A program made the translations under genes and the position numbers. The notes under the pieces were generated by a model, which saw nothing but the letters and a program-made list of their open reading frames with translations, did not search any database and had not been told where the DNA came from. This document shows positions 18,466 through 28,440 of a stretch of 36,997 nucleotides of DNA, in pieces; position 1 is the first letter of the stretch; each line of letters starts with the position of its first letter. Origin of the DNA: an uncultured Bacteroidales bacterium (GTDB taxonomy: Bacteria > Bacteroidota > Bacteroidia > Bacteroidales > UBA932); contig CAJOQW010000027.1 of assembly GCA_905236955.1 (NCBI GenBank), positions 1 to 36,997 on the forward strand, in the 5' to 3' direction.

Positions 18466-19708
18466 TTTTCCGGAAAGCGATACAGGCGTTGTGCCCTCCG
18501 AAACCGAAGGAGTTGCTCAGGCCAAGGTTGACAGGCACCTCCATCGGGGTGTTGGGCGTATAGTCCAGGTCGCATTCCGGGTCGGGATTGTCGAGGTTGA
18601 TGGTGGGAGGTACGATCCCTTCGCGCAGGGCCATGATCGTGGCGATTGCTTCGGCTGCCCCGGTGCCGCCGAACATGTGCCCGTGCATGCTCTTGGTGGA
18701 GGAGATGTGCACCTTGCGGGCATTATCTTCCCCGAACGCCAGCTTGATGGCCCGTGTCTCGGTAACGTCGTTCAGGTAGGTGCCGGTTCCGTGTGCATTC
18801 ATATAGACAATGTCCGAAGAAGCGTCGTAACCTGCTTCCGCGAGGGCGTTGGAAATGCTCTTCGCCTGAGTGGTGCCGTCCGGTCTCGGGGCTGTGGCGT
18901 GGTGGGCGTCGCAGGTGCTTCCGTAGCCGACCATTTCGGCATAGATGCGGGCCCCGCGCTCCATGGCGTGATCCCATTCTTCCAGGACCAGCACGCCGCT
19001 TCCGTCCGCCATTACGAATCCGGCCCTGTCCTTGTTGAACGGCAGGCAGGCATGCTTGGGGTCGGGTGCGGTGGTGAGGGCCTTGCAGTTAGCGAATCCG
19101 GCCAGGCCCAGCGGAACGGCGGCCTGCTCGGCACCTCCGGCGATCATTGCTTTGGCATAACCATGCTTGATAGCCCTGTATGCTTCCCCGATGGAGTGGG
19201 AGGATGTCGCGCAGGCTGTGTTTATGCTCAGGCATGCGTTCCTGGCGTCGAAACGGATGGCCACCTGGCCGGCCGCCATATTGGCTATCATGGTGGGAAT
19301 GAACAGGGGCGACACCCATTTTCCGGTAGGATCGTCGAACAGGCTCTTGATGTTGGGGATGATGACGTCGAACCCGCCGACACCGGAACTGATGATGGTG
19401 CCGATGTCTTCGGGGGCTATGTTCTCCCCGCTCCAGAGCCCGCTGTCCTGCATGGCCTGGATGGCGGATGCCATTGCATAGACCGTGAAGGCCGCCTGCT
19501 TGCGTATGAACGGCGCGGGCATGCCGAAGTCTTCGGGATTGAAATCCCTTATTTTGCCTCCTATCTTGACCGGGAAGCCGTCGGTGGGGAATTCCGTTAT
19601 GTAATCTATGCCGCAGAAACCGTCTTTCAGGTTCTGCCAGAAAGTCTTGACGTCGTTGCCTATGCATGACAGGACGCCCAGGCCTGTAACCGCAACCCTT
19701 TTGTCCAT
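18446..19708 (-). CDS. fabF: 3-oxoacyl-ACP synthase II
   Basis: Cys-His-His triad (TACAT, NAHGTGT, KSMHGH) and [10 protein letters not shown]. Confidence 0.9.
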   Translation of the reverse strand: MDKRVAVTGLGVLSCIGNDVKTFWQNLKDGFCGIDYITEFPTDGFPVKIGGKIRDFNPEDFGMPAPFIRKQAAFTVYAMASAIQAMQDSGLWSGENIAPEDIGTIISSGVGGFDVIIPNIKSLFDDPTGKWVSPLFIPTMIANMAAGQVAIRFDARNACLSINTACATSSHSIGEAYRAIKHGYAKAMIAGGAEQAAVPLGLAGFANCKALTTAPDPKHACLPFNKDRAGFVMADGSGVLVLEEWDHAMERGARIYAEMVGYGSTCDAHHATAPRPDGTTQAKSISNALAEAGYDASSDIVYMNAHGTGTYLNDVTETRAIKLAFGEDNARKVHISSTKSMHGHMFGGTGAAEAIATIMALREGIVPPTINLDNPDPECDLDYTPNTPMEVPVNLGLSNSFGFGGHNACIAFRKISPPLP

Positions 19709-19747
19709 ATTGTATTTTTACACCCATAAAGATAAGAATTATTTCAT

Positions 19748-19755
19748 TATATTTG
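19748..19755 (+). promoter_or_regulatory. -7 element (TATATTTG) for the LytTR gene
   Basis: 20 nt upstream of ATG 19776. Confidence 0.6.
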
Positions 19756-19775
19756 CATTTAAGCAAAAGGCCGGT

Positions 19776-20654
19776 ATGTACCTCAAGGACAGGATACCTT
19801 CTTACCTGGTCGGGAAGACGCAACTAGTAGCTTCGGTCGCCTTCTCGGACCTTTTCGCAATCCTGTTCATACTGGTAAGCTCCCCATACGACCGTAACAG
19901 CTGGTTCCGGCTGGGGCCGACCGCCCTGTTCGGTTACACCGCCCTGTTCGTCCTGGGTGCGACGGCCGTCATCGCCTCCAGCAGGCATCTGATGTACCGT
20001 TCACGCCTGGCATTCAGGATGCGGTATGTCCATTATCTGGCATGGAACCTGCTGGAAATCCTCGCGGTCTGCCTGGTATATACCTTCATCACGGTGCACC
20101 TCGACGGGCTCGGGATGATCTCCATCCCCATCCATGGTTTCCTTCCCGTCCTGGCCAGGAGCTTCATGATAGGGCTGCTCGCCCTCGGGGTGCCGTATCT
20201 GATATGTGCCATGTATTTCGGCATACAGGACAGGGACAACACCATCCGCCTGATGAACTATGGGAGCGTGGTTTCAGATTCCGAGCCCACCCCGCAGGAA
20301 AGGAAGAAGATCACCCTTTTCGGGGAAGACGGGGTGTTGAAGCTCTCGGTGAACATGAACAACATCTTCTACATCGAATCCGACGACAACTACATCAAGG
20401 TGTGGTACTCCGATTCGGGCGGGGAGGTGAAGCAGTACATGCTCCGATGCCGCCTGAAGACCGTTGAAGATAGTTTCGCCGGCAGCGACCTGGTGCGCTG
20501 CCATCGCAAATACATAGTCAACCTCCTCCGGGTCCAGGTCCTCAGCAAGGAAAGGGACGGATATTGCATCAAGCTGGACCTTCCCACGGCGGAACCTATC
20601 CCGGTTTCCAAGACTTACGAAAAGACAATAATATCACGTTTCAATTCACGCTGA
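19776..20654 (+). CDS. Membrane-anchored LytTR-family transcriptional regulator
   Basis: Start at 19776. Four N-terminal TMs, then a LytTR domain (IFYIESDDNYI, LVRCHRKYIVN, IPVSKTY). Confidence 0.85.
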   Translation: MYLKDRIPSYLVGKTQLVASVAFSDLFAILFILVSSPYDRNSWFRLGPTALFGYTALFVLGATAVIASSRHLMYRSRLAFRMRYVHYLAWNLLEILAVCLVYTFITVHLDGLGMISIPIHGFLPVLARSFMIGLLALGVPYLICAMYFGIQDRDNTIRLMNYGSVVSDSEPTPQERKKITLFGEDGVLKLSVNMNNIFYIESDDNYIKVWYSDSGGEVKQYMLRCRLKTVEDSFAGSDLVRCHRKYIVNLLRVQVLSKERDGYCIKLDLPTAEPIPVSKTYEKTIISRFNSR

Positions 20655-20655
20655 C

Positions 20656-21033
20656 ATGTGGCAGAGAATACAAACCCTTTATCTGGCCGTTGCGCTGGGC
20701 CTTTCAGTGGCCCTTTTCTGGCAGCTTGGCAACACCTGGTGGCTGGTGCTTCTCGGAGTGGCCTCTTTCATGGAACTTGTGGCCCTCCTCTCATACAAGT
20801 TCCGGCTCTTCCAGATGCGGACTGCCGTCATAGCGGCACTCATGCTTCTGGGCCTCCAGATATGGATGCTCGTAGTTTACCTGTCCAATGCCGACAAGAC
20901 CGGGTTCAACTTCACTTTCGTCTTCCCGATAGTCGCAGCCATCCTGGACGCACTCGCCGCAAGGAGCATCCTTGGGGATGAAATGCTCGTGCAGAGCGCC
21001 TCCCGCCTCCGTTCATCGAAAAGAAAACATTAA
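20656..21033 (+). CDS. DUF4293-family membrane protein
   Basis: MWQRIQTLYL N-terminus and DE.LV.S..RLR C-terminus. Confidence 0.75.
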   Translation: MWQRIQTLYLAVALGLSVALFWQLGNTWWLVLLGVASFMELVALLSYKFRLFQMRTAVIAALMLLGLQIWMLVVYLSNADKTGFNFTFVFPIVAAILDALAARSILGDEMLVQSASRLRSSKRKH

Positions 21034-21045
21034 AACGAATATACC

Positions 21046-21915
21046 ATGAAAATCCCAGAGTCAGAGCTCATCATCAATTCAGACGGTTCCGTTTTCCATC
21101 TGCATATCAAGCCTGAAGAATTGTCGGACACCATCGTCATGTTCGGCGACCCCGGCCGGGTGAAGATGTTCATTCCGCTGTTCGAAAAGATAGACGCCCA
21201 GGGACAGTCCCGCGAGTTTGCATTCGCCACCGGCTGGTATCACGGCAAACGCATAACCGCCCTTTCCCACGGCATCGGTCCCGACAACATCGACATCGTG
21301 GCAACGGAACTCGACGCCCTCGCCAACGTCGATTTCAGGACCCGCGAGATCAAGCCCGAGCATAAGAGGCTCACCATCGTGCGGGTAGGCACATGCGGTG
21401 CCATCCAGCCCGAAATTCCCCTCGGCTCGTTCATCCTCAGCCATATTTCCGTCGGCTGCGACGGTGTTATGAACTGGTACGGCGGCAGGGACACTTATGC
21501 CCTGGCCGATTTCGAGGCCGCCTTCAAGAAGGCCGTCCACTGGAACAAGCATCTTCCCGACCCGTATTTCGTAAGGAATTCCGAGCGGCTCATCAAGCTC
21601 TTCGAACCTGTGACGGTCAAGGGAATGACGGTTTCCGCCGTAGGTTTCTACGGCCCTCAGGGCAGGGTGGTCCGCCAGGACCTCGCGATGCCGAACATGA
21701 TAGACGACTTCGAGAAGTTCGAATTCGACGGCTACAAGATCACCAATTTCGAGATGGAGAGTTCCGCCCTTGCGGGCATGGCCGCAAGGCTCGGGCACGA
21801 TGCCATCACGGTGTGCTGCGCCATAGCCCACCGTTATTTGAAGGATGCCAACACCGACTACAAGCCGCGCGTGGAAGAATTGGTGAAACTTGTCATGGAC
21901 AAACTCACGGAGTAG
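21046..21915 (+). CDS. Nucleoside phosphorylase (uridine phosphorylase-like)
   Basis: Motifs SELIIN.DGS.FHL, GDPGRV, RVGTCG, GFYGPQGR and NFEMESS. Confidence 0.88.
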   Translation: MKIPESELIINSDGSVFHLHIKPEELSDTIVMFGDPGRVKMFIPLFEKIDAQGQSREFAFATGWYHGKRITALSHGIGPDNIDIVATELDALANVDFRTREIKPEHKRLTIVRVGTCGAIQPEIPLGSFILSHISVGCDGVMNWYGGRDTYALADFEAAFKKAVHWNKHLPDPYFVRNSERLIKLFEPVTVKGMTVSAVGFYGPQGRVVRQDLAMPNMIDDFEKFEFDGYKITNFEMESSALAGMAARLGHDAITVCCAIAHRYLKDANTDYKPRVEELVKLVMDKLTE

Positions 21916-21918
21916 CTT

Positions 21919-22437
21919 CTAACTGAAGAATTCCTTGTCCTTGTAGAATACGCCGAAAAGGCGGTTGAGGACTTCCGTCGAAGGCAGCGAAGACTTTTTC
22001 CCGGTTTCTCCGCTGCTTTTGTCTATCATGGTGCGCAGCACCTGCAGGTTCAAGCCCGCCTTGTGAAGGTATTCGCTGCAGAATTCCCCCGGACTGTCGC
22101 AGATGGCGGCGAGCAGATGTACCGATGAGACGTCCTGTCCGCTGCGTATGGCTTCCATGATGGTGAGGTTCGTTATGTTGAGGGAAGAACGGGTGTAGTT
22201 GACGTTTTCTTGTTCCTCATATGGGATGGCGTGCTCGTGGAATACATGGGCGTCCATGTCCTCTTTTATGCGCGCCGGATCCAATCCGAACTTGCGCAGG
22301 ACGTCCATCGCGCCGTTGTGTCCGTGGCGCAGCAGGCCGAGTAGGAGATGCTCGGGTGCGATGCCGTAACAACCGGTCCTCATGGCTTCGTCCCTGGAGT
22401 AAAGCAGGATGGTACGTATTTCTTCCGTAAGTCTCAT
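21919..22437 (-). CDS. Stand-alone Clp N-terminal (double Clp-N repeat) domain protein
   Basis: YSRDEA.R....I.PEHLLLGLLR and EA......VSSVHLLAAI repeats. Ends at 172 aa with no Walker motifs. Confidence 0.8.
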   Translation of the reverse strand: MRLTEEIRTILLYSRDEAMRTGCYGIAPEHLLLGLLRHGHNGAMDVLRKFGLDPARIKEDMDAHVFHEHAIPYEEQENVNYTRSSLNITNLTIMEAIRSGQDVSSVHLLAAICDSPGEFCSEYLHKAGLNLQVLRTMIDKSSGETGKKSSLPSTEVLNRLFGVFYKDKEFFS

Positions 22438-22447
22438 TTTCTATCCG

Positions 22448-22486
22448 CAAAAATAGCAAAAACCTAAATAATTTTTCGTATTTTTG
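22448..22486. promoter_or_regulatory. Divergent promoter pair: TATTTTTG (minus, 22448-22455) and TATTTTTG (plus, 22479-22486)
   Basis: Back-to-back TAnnTTTG elements between the Clp-N gene and gyrA. Confidence 0.7.
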
Positions 22487-22512
22487 TATGTTTATACAGA
22501 TTAGTGTTTTTT

Positions 22513-25068
22513 ATGGCAGAAGAAGAGAAGAACCAGGAGATAAACCACGGTTTCATCGAACCGGTGGAGATAGATCATGAGATGCGCAGCGCCTACATCG
22601 ACTATTCGATGTCGGTGATCGTGTCCAGGGCGTTGCCCGATGTGAGGGACGGTCTCAAGCCCGTCCAGAGGAGGGTCCTGTTCGGTATGGACGGGCTCGG
22701 CCTGAGTTACGGCGGACAGACGAAGAAGAGTGCAAGGATCGTGGGCGAGGTGCTGGGTAAATTCCACCCTCACGGCGACAGCAGTGTATATGATGCGATG
22801 GCCCGTCTCGCGCAGGACTGGAACCAGAGGTATCCGCTGGTATGGGGGCAGGGCAACTTCGGCAGCATGGACGGCGACCCGGTCGCGGCCATGCGTTATA
22901 CCGAGGCAAAGCTTGCCAAGATGACCGAAGACGTCCTTGCGGACCTAGAAAAGGACACGGTCGACATGACATGGAACTTCGACGACAGCATACAGGAGCC
23001 TACGGTACTTCCGACCAAGCTCCCGCTGCTTCTTCTGAACGGTTCTTCCGGAATCGCCGTCGGCATGGCCACCAACATGGCCCCCCACAACCTCGGTGAG
23101 GTCTGTGACGGCATCTGCGCACTCATTGACAATCCCGATATCGACGTAGATGGCCTCATGCAATATATCAAAGGGCCCGACTTCCCTACGGGAGGCATCA
23201 TCATGGGACGCCAGGGCATCATCGACGCATACACCACCGGCAGGGGAAAGGTCATCGTACGCGCCAAGACCGATATCGAAGTCAACGAACGCGGCCAGGA
23301 GACCATAGTGGTCACCGAAATCCCCTACATGGTGAACAAGAAGGAGATGCTCGAGCGCATCGCCCAGATGGTCGAGGACAAGAAGATAGAGGGCATCACA
23401 TACCTCAATGACGAGACGTCCCGCGAGGGTGTACGCGTCATCTTCAGGGTCAAGCAGGGCTCCAACACCAATGTGGTCCTGAACACCCTCTTCAAGTATA
23501 CAGCGCTCCAGAGCAGCTTCGCCATCAACAACGTTGCCCTGGTGAACGGCCGTCCCCGTACGCTCTCCCTCAAGGAGATCCTCCAGGATTTCGTGGATTT
23601 CCGCCACGAAGTCGTAGTGCGCCGCACCAAGTTCGACCTCGACAAGGCCCTCAAGAGGGCACACATACTCGAAGGCCTCCTCAAGGCCATCGACATCATC
23701 GACGAGATCATAGCCCTTATCCGCGCCAGCCAGAGTCCGGACGAGGCCAAGGCGGGCCTGGTATCCCGGTTCGGCTTCACTGACATCCAGGCCCAGGCCA
23801 TAGTCGAGATGCGCCTGAGGCAGCTTACCGGCCTGGAGCGCGAGAAACTCCAGGCGGAATACGACGAGCTCGAAAAGTTCATCGCCCGCTGCGAAGAGAT
23901 CCTTGCCAGCAACGAGCTCCAGCTGGCCATCGTCAAGGAAGAATCCATGGAGATGAAGGCGAAATACGGCGATCCGCGCCGCAGCGAAATCACCCTCAGC
24001 GCCGAGGAATTCAATCCCGAGGACTTCTATGCCGATGAAGACGTGGTCATAACCATCAGCCATCTCGGGTACATCAAGCGCACGCCCCTCGCCGACTTCC
24101 GCACCCAGAACCGCGGTGGAAGGGGAGTCAAGGGCGGCACCACCCGCGAAGAAGACTTCATCGAACATATCTATGTGGCCAACATGCACTCCACCATGCT
24201 CTTTTTCACCCAAAAGGGCATGTGCTACAGGCTTAAGGTATTCGAACTCCCCGAAGGGGTGCGGGCAAGCAAGGGCCGCGCGGTCCAGAACCTTCTCCCG
24301 ATAGAGCAGGACGACAGCATCCGCACCTATCTCAACGCCGCTCATATCGAAGACGAAGACTACGTCAACAACCATTTCGTAACCTTGGTCAGCAAGAAGG
24401 GCGTCATCAAGAAGACCACCCTCAGCGAATACTCCAACAAACGCAGCCGCAACAAGGGTATCAAGGCCCTGACCATCCGCGAAGGCGATGAACTCCTCGA
24501 CGCCGTGCTCACAAGCGGTGAAGAGCAGATCATGATAGCCGCCAGGAACGGCCGCTGCGTTCGCTTTGAAGAAGATGAACTCAGGGCGATGGGCCGTGGC
24601 GCCAGCGGCGTCAGGGGTATCAACATCGACGAAGCCGACGAAGTCGTGGGTGTCATTACCTATGCCCCCAACGCAGATGATGCCCATGAGCATACCGTCA
24701 TGGTAGTAAGCGAGAACGGCTTCGGAAAGCGTTCCGATCCCGAGGACTATCGGCTCACCTCCCGCGGCAGCAAGGGTGTCAAGACGCTCAGCATCACCGA
24801 CAAGACCGGCCCTGTGGTGGCCATCAAGAATGTCACCCCCGGGAACGACCTCATGATCATAACCCATTCCGGCATGACTATCCGCATGCCGGTAAAGGAC
24901 ATCAGGGTGGCCGGAAGGGCTACGCAGGGCGTAAAGCTCATCAATATCGTCGAGGGTGACAGCATTGCCGCCGTCAGCGCCGTCAGCGCTTCGGAAGAAC
25001 CCGAGGAACAGAATGGCACGGAAAGTGCAACATCAACGATACAAACAGAAACGACAGAGAACAATTAA
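22513..25068 (+). CDS. gyrA: DNA gyrase subunit A
   Basis: Motifs [23 protein letters not shown] and AAMRYTE (catalytic Tyr). The GyrA-box QNRGGRG distinguishes it from ParC. ATG at 22513. Confidence 0.97.
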   Translation: MAEEEKNQEINHGFIEPVEIDHEMRSAYIDYSMSVIVSRALPDVRDGLKPVQRRVLFGMDGLGLSYGGQTKKSARIVGEVLGKFHPHGDSSVYDAMARLAQDWNQRYPLVWGQGNFGSMDGDPVAAMRYTEAKLAKMTEDVLADLEKDTVDMTWNFDDSIQEPTVLPTKLPLLLLNGSSGIAVGMATNMAPHNLGEVCDGICALIDNPDIDVDGLMQYIKGPDFPTGGIIMGRQGIIDAYTTGRGKVIVRAKTDIEVNERGQETIVVTEIPYMVNKKEMLERIAQMVEDKKIEGITYLNDETSREGVRVIFRVKQGSNTNVVLNTLFKYTALQSSFAINNVALVNGRPRTLSLKEILQDFVDFRHEVVVRRTKFDLDKALKRAHILEGLLKAIDIIDEIIALIRASQSPDEAKAGLVSRFGFTDIQAQAIVEMRLRQLTGLEREKLQAEYDELEKFIARCEEILASNELQLAIVKEESMEMKAKYGDPRRSEITLSAEEFNPEDFYADEDVVITISHLGYIKRTPLADFRTQNRGGRGVKGGTTREEDFIEHIYVANMHSTMLFFTQKGMCYRLKVFELPEGVRASKGRAVQNLLPIEQDDSIRTYLNAAHIEDEDYVNNHFVTLVSKKGVIKKTTLSEYSNKRSRNKGIKALTIREGDELLDAVLTSGEEQIMIAARNGRCVRFEEDELRAMGRGASGVRGINIDEADEVVGVITYAPNADDAHEHTVMVVSENGFGKRSDPEDYRLTSRGSKGVKTLSITDKTGPVVAIKNVTPGNDLMIITHSGMTIRMPVKDIRVAGRATQGVKLINIVEGDSIAAVSAVSASEEPEEQNGTESATSTIQTETTENN

Positions 25069-25080
25069 CCACACATTACC

Positions 25081-26427
25081 ATGAAAAAGATCATCATTGC
25101 CTTAGCCCTCCTGGCAAGCGTACAGATTGCCGGGGCGCAGCAGCAGGTAAAAACCGTAAATGCTGCCAAGGGAGCCATCGAATCAGCCCTCAAGGCAGCC
25201 CAGAATGCCAAGAAAGCCACCAATGCCGCCACCTGGATCAAACTCGGGGAAGCGTATCTTGACGCCTACGCCGCACCTCTGGGCAACGGCTGGGTAGGTG
25301 CCAGCGAGACCGAACTCAACCTCGTCATGGCCAGGGACAAGGTCCTCGGCACCAGGGAAGAGGAAGTGAACGGCCAGCGTTACACCGTCAAGAGCTACGA
25401 GAATGCCGACTATTACTTCAACGGCAACGGCCAGCTCGCTATCATCAAGGCTACCAAACAAGTTGAGGAGAATGCCCTCGACAAGGCCCTCGACGCCTTC
25501 AAGAAGGCGGCCGCCGTCGATGAAAAGGCCAAGAAGACCAAGGATATAGCCGAAGGCATCAAGACCATTTCCTCCAAGTTCACCGACGAAGCTTATACCG
25601 CTTATACCCTCGGCGACCTTGCCAAGGCATCCGACTGCTTCGAGAAGGCTGCTGCTGCTGCAGGCGTCGCACCCAATTCCCAGATCGACACCAACTCGCT
25701 TTACAATGCCGGCCTTACTTCCTGGATGCTCTCCAACCAGAAGGACAGCGTTGACGCCATTCCCTGGCTGAACCGTGCCCAGGATTTCTTCGGCAAGGCC
25801 CTCGCGAACGGCTACACCGGCGAAGACGGTGAAGTATATGCCAAGCTCGCCGATGTCGCCGGCCGGCTCGGGGACAAGGAACTAAGCAAGGATTATCTCG
25901 AGAAGGGTTTCAGCGCATTCCCCAGCAGCCAGGGCATCCTCGTGGGCCTCATCAACTACTATGTGGCGTCCGGAGACAATCCCAAGGAGATATTCAAGCT
26001 CCTCGACCTCGCGAAGGCCAATGAACCCAACAACGCCTCCCTTTACTACGTGGAAGGAAACATCCATAAGGAAATAGGTGAAGATGACGCTGCCATGGCC
26101 GCTTACGACAAGTGCGCCGAAATCAATCCCGACTACGAGTTCGGTTATGTGGGCAAGGGCATATTGCTCTACAACAAGGCTGTCGATCTTCAGGAGAAGG
26201 CTTCCACCGAAATGGACGATGCCAAGTACCTCGCCCTCATCCAGGATTTCGAAACCGCCCTGAAGGGTTGTGTAGAGCCCTTCGAGAAGGCCTTCGAGGT
26301 CACCAAGGACAACGCCATCAAGACCAGTATCGCCCAGTACCTGAAGAACGCATGCTTCCGTTTCCGTGCGGAACCCGAATATCAGGCCAAGTACGATAAA
26401 TACAACGCCGTTGCCAACGGTGAGTAA
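25081..26427 (+). CDS. Secreted tetratricopeptide-repeat protein
   Basis: Signal peptide ending AGA-Q and Ala-rich helical repeats (e.g. LYYVEGNIHKEIGEDDAAMAAYDKCAEINPDY). Confidence 0.82.
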   Translation: MKKIIIALALLASVQIAGAQQQVKTVNAAKGAIESALKAAQNAKKATNAATWIKLGEAYLDAYAAPLGNGWVGASETELNLVMARDKVLGTREEEVNGQRYTVKSYENADYYFNGNGQLAIIKATKQVEENALDKALDAFKKAAAVDEKAKKTKDIAEGIKTISSKFTDEAYTAYTLGDLAKASDCFEKAAAAAGVAPNSQIDTNSLYNAGLTSWMLSNQKDSVDAIPWLNRAQDFFGKALANGYTGEDGEVYAKLADVAGRLGDKELSKDYLEKGFSAFPSSQGILVGLINYYVASGDNPKEIFKLLDLAKANEPNNASLYYVEGNIHKEIGEDDAAMAAYDKCAEINPDYEFGYVGKGILLYNKAVDLQEKASTEMDDAKYLALIQDFETALKGCVEPFEKAFEVTKDNAIKTSIAQYLKNACFRFRAEPEYQAKYDKYNAVANGE

Positions 26428-27475
26428 CAAGACAACCCGTCATATCAAGGCCGCAGTCTTCGCTGCGGCCTTTTTGGCTTTCTCTCATTTATCGGATGCC
26501 CAGGATGTCCATATCGCGGTTCCGGATATCACCCCTCCGTCCGGGGCGGATACCGTGAGCGTGGTATTCATAGGCGACGTGATGATGCATTCCAGGCAGC
26601 TGGGCTATGACAGCAGGGAGTTCCTAGGCCGGATAGAGCCGCTTTTGTCCGGGGCGGACATCGCTGTGGCCAATGCCGAATTCACGATGGCCGGCCCTCC
26701 CTATACGGGCTATCCCCGTTTCTCATCCCCGGACGATTATGCGTGCGATATCTGCCGGAACGGCGTGGATGTGCTTATGGTCGCAAACAACCATATCCTC
26801 GACAAGGGGTCTGCGGGCTTCAGGCGTACGCTCGACAAGATGCCATGCCCTTTCACCGGGGCAGGGCGCGATGCCGCCGAGTTTGCGGAAAGGAATCCCC
26901 TCATCGTCCCATGCAAAGGGATGAGGATAGCCTTTGTGAACTTCACCTATGGTACCAATTTGGGAGGGGAATCCCTGTGGCCGAAAGTGAACAGGATGGA
27001 CAAGGATGCCATTTCGGCGCAGATCGCACGGGCCAGGGAGCGGGGGGCGGATTTCATCATAGCCCTGCCGCACTGGGGCGTCGAATACAGCCTGGTGCAT
27101 AACCGGTCGCAGGAAGAATGGGCGGTATTCCTCAAGGAGCAAGGCGTGGACGCGGTCATAGGGGCCCATCCGCATGTAGTACAGGACACGTGTTTCATCG
27201 GCAGCATTCCGGTAGTATATTCAATGGGCAATGCTATCTCCAACATGAGCGCTCCCAACACCCAATTGGGGCTGGCCGTGGTATTGCGGATGGTCTGCCA
27301 TAATCCGTCGGGTGCCAGGAGCCTGTTGCGCCCCGAGCTCCATTTCCTGTGGTGCTCGCTCCCGGGGGAAATTGGCGACAATTATCTGGTCGTGGAGGCG
27401 GAGGACCATGTGTCCGACCATCCTAGGATGAAGCAGACTCTCGAAAGGGTCAAAGAAAAGACAGGCATAGAATGA
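26420..27475 (+). CDS. CapA/PGA_cap family metallophosphoesterase-like protein
   Basis: Motifs GDVMMH, NAE, ANNHILD, HWG.EY, GAHPHV and YSMGN. Proposed GTG start at 26420 gives signal peptide MSNKTTRHIKAAVFAAAFLAFSHLSDA-Q. Confidence 0.8.
   Translation: MSNKTTRHIKAAVFAAAFLAFSHLSDAQDVHIAVPDITPPSGADTVSVVFIGDVMMHSRQLGYDSREFLGRIEPLLSGADIAVANAEFTMAGPPYTGYPRFSSPDDYACDICRNGVDVLMVANNHILDKGSAGFRRTLDKMPCPFTGAGRDAAEFAERNPLIVPCKGMRIAFVNFTYGTNLGGESLWPKVNRMDKDAISAQIARARERGADFIIALPHWGVEYSLVHNRSQEEWAVFLKEQGVDAVIGAHPHVVQDTCFIGSIPVVYSMGNAISNMSAPNTQLGLAVVLRMVCHNPSGARSLLRPELHFLWCSLPGEIGDNYLVVEAEDHVSDHPRMKQTLERVKEKTGIE
26447..26475 (+). terminator. Rho-independent terminator after gyrA-TPR
   Basis: AAGGCCGCAG-TCTTCG-CTGCGGCC-TTTTT: a perfect GC stem plus T-tract, starting 19 nt after the TPR stop. 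Confidence 0.8.
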
Positions 27476-28413
27476 AAAGAACAATTACACTTCAGGCGGC
27501 GAATCCGGTGGAGATCCTCGGGGCGGGCAACCGTATCCTCGACGAGTTCTGCTCCTACTTCCCGGGGCTCAGGGTAACGGACAAAGGCAATGAAATTTAC
27601 CTTGACGGCCCTGAAGACCAGGTTGAGGATTTTGAGCGCAAGTTCTCGAAACTGGTGGAATTACGCCATCACAAACCGAACCTTACGGTGTATGACGTCG
27701 AGGATATCTTCAGCGGAGTGAACAAGGACAACCTCATGATAGGCGGCAATGCGGTCATCACCCATACTACGGACGGACGTCCCATAAGGGCGCGCAACCT
27801 CAACCAGGAGTTGATGGTCAAATCCTATTTCAGCAACGACCTGCTCTTTGCCGTGGGGCCCGCCGGAACGGGAAAGACCTACATTGCCATCGCGCTTGCT
27901 GTAAGGGCCCTCAAATACAGGGAGATCAAACGCATCATCCTCACCAGGCCGGCGGTCGAGGCGGGGGAGCGCCTGGGTTTCCTTCCGGGAGACCTCAAGG
28001 ATAAGCTCGACCCTTATCTGCAGCCGCTGTATGATGCCCTGGAAGACATGATACCCACCAGGAAACTCCAGGATTTCATAGCGAACGACGTCATTCAGAT
28101 TGCTCCCCTGGCATACATGCGCGGCCGCACCCTGGACAGGGCCTGCGTAATACTGGATGAGGCCCAGAATACGAACATGGGGCAGTTGAAGATGTTCCTG
28201 ACGCGAATGGGTACCAGTGCCAAATTCATCGTAACGGGCGACGCTACCCAGATAGACCTTCCCCGCAGGGAGGACAGCGGCCTTCTCCGCTGTATCAAGA
28301 TGCTGGAAGACATAAAGGGGGTATCGACCATCAATTTCTCGTCAGCGGACATAGTAAGGCATCCCCTGGTTACAAAAATAGTCAAGGCCTTCGAGGACCA
28401 GAATCTCTTTTGA
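27472..28413 (+). CDS. phoH: PhoH family ATPase
   Basis: Motifs GPAGTGKT, RPAVEAGE.LGFLPG, YMRGRT, DEAQN and VRHPLV. Confidence 0.92.
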   Translation: MKRTITLQAANPVEILGAGNRILDEFCSYFPGLRVTDKGNEIYLDGPEDQVEDFERKFSKLVELRHHKPNLTVYDVEDIFSGVNKDNLMIGGNAVITHTTDGRPIRARNLNQELMVKSYFSNDLLFAVGPAGTGKTYIAIALAVRALKYREIKRIILTRPAVEAGERLGFLPGDLKDKLDPYLQPLYDALEDMIPTRKLQDFIANDVIQIAPLAYMRGRTLDRACVILDEAQNTNMGQLKMFLTRMGTSAKFIVTGDATQIDLPRREDSGLLRCIKMLEDIKGVSTINFSSADIVRHPLVTKIVKAFEDQNLF

Positions 28414-28426
28414 CAGGAATTTTTCT

Positions 28427-28434
28427 TAAATTTG
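28427..28434 (+). promoter_or_regulatory. -7 element (TAAATTTG) 6 nt upstream of the SPOR gene ATG
   Basis: Plus strand reads TAAATTTG-TAAATT-ATG. Confidence 0.65.
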
Positions 28435-28440
28435 TAAATT

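Noticed and set aside
18434-19669. 411-aa ORF antisense to fabF (and similar ORFs over prfA, MATE, comEC and tcdA)
   Set aside because: They overlap well-supported genes and have shadow or alternative-frame composition.
22760-22800. Quinolone-resistance mutation in GyrA
   Set aside because: [10 protein letters not shown] retains the Ser83- and Asp87-equivalent residues.
22945-24867. 640-aa ORF antisense to gyrA
   Set aside because: Codon-aligned shadow ORF. The strong C/G third-position bias of gyrA removes TTA/CTA/TCA codons, and the product has no recognisable motifs.
19920-25610. Short in-gene tandem duplications (ACCGCCCTGTTCG near 19920, GCCGTCAGC near 24970, GCTTATACC near 25591)
   Set aside because: Two-copy in-frame repeats of 9-13 bp, expected by chance or local slippage. 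They are not CRISPR, DGR or VNTR-like.
26420-27475. Poly-gamma-glutamate capsule locus
   Set aside because: Only a CapA-domain gene is present, with no capB or capC. Stand-alone CapA proteins are widespread.
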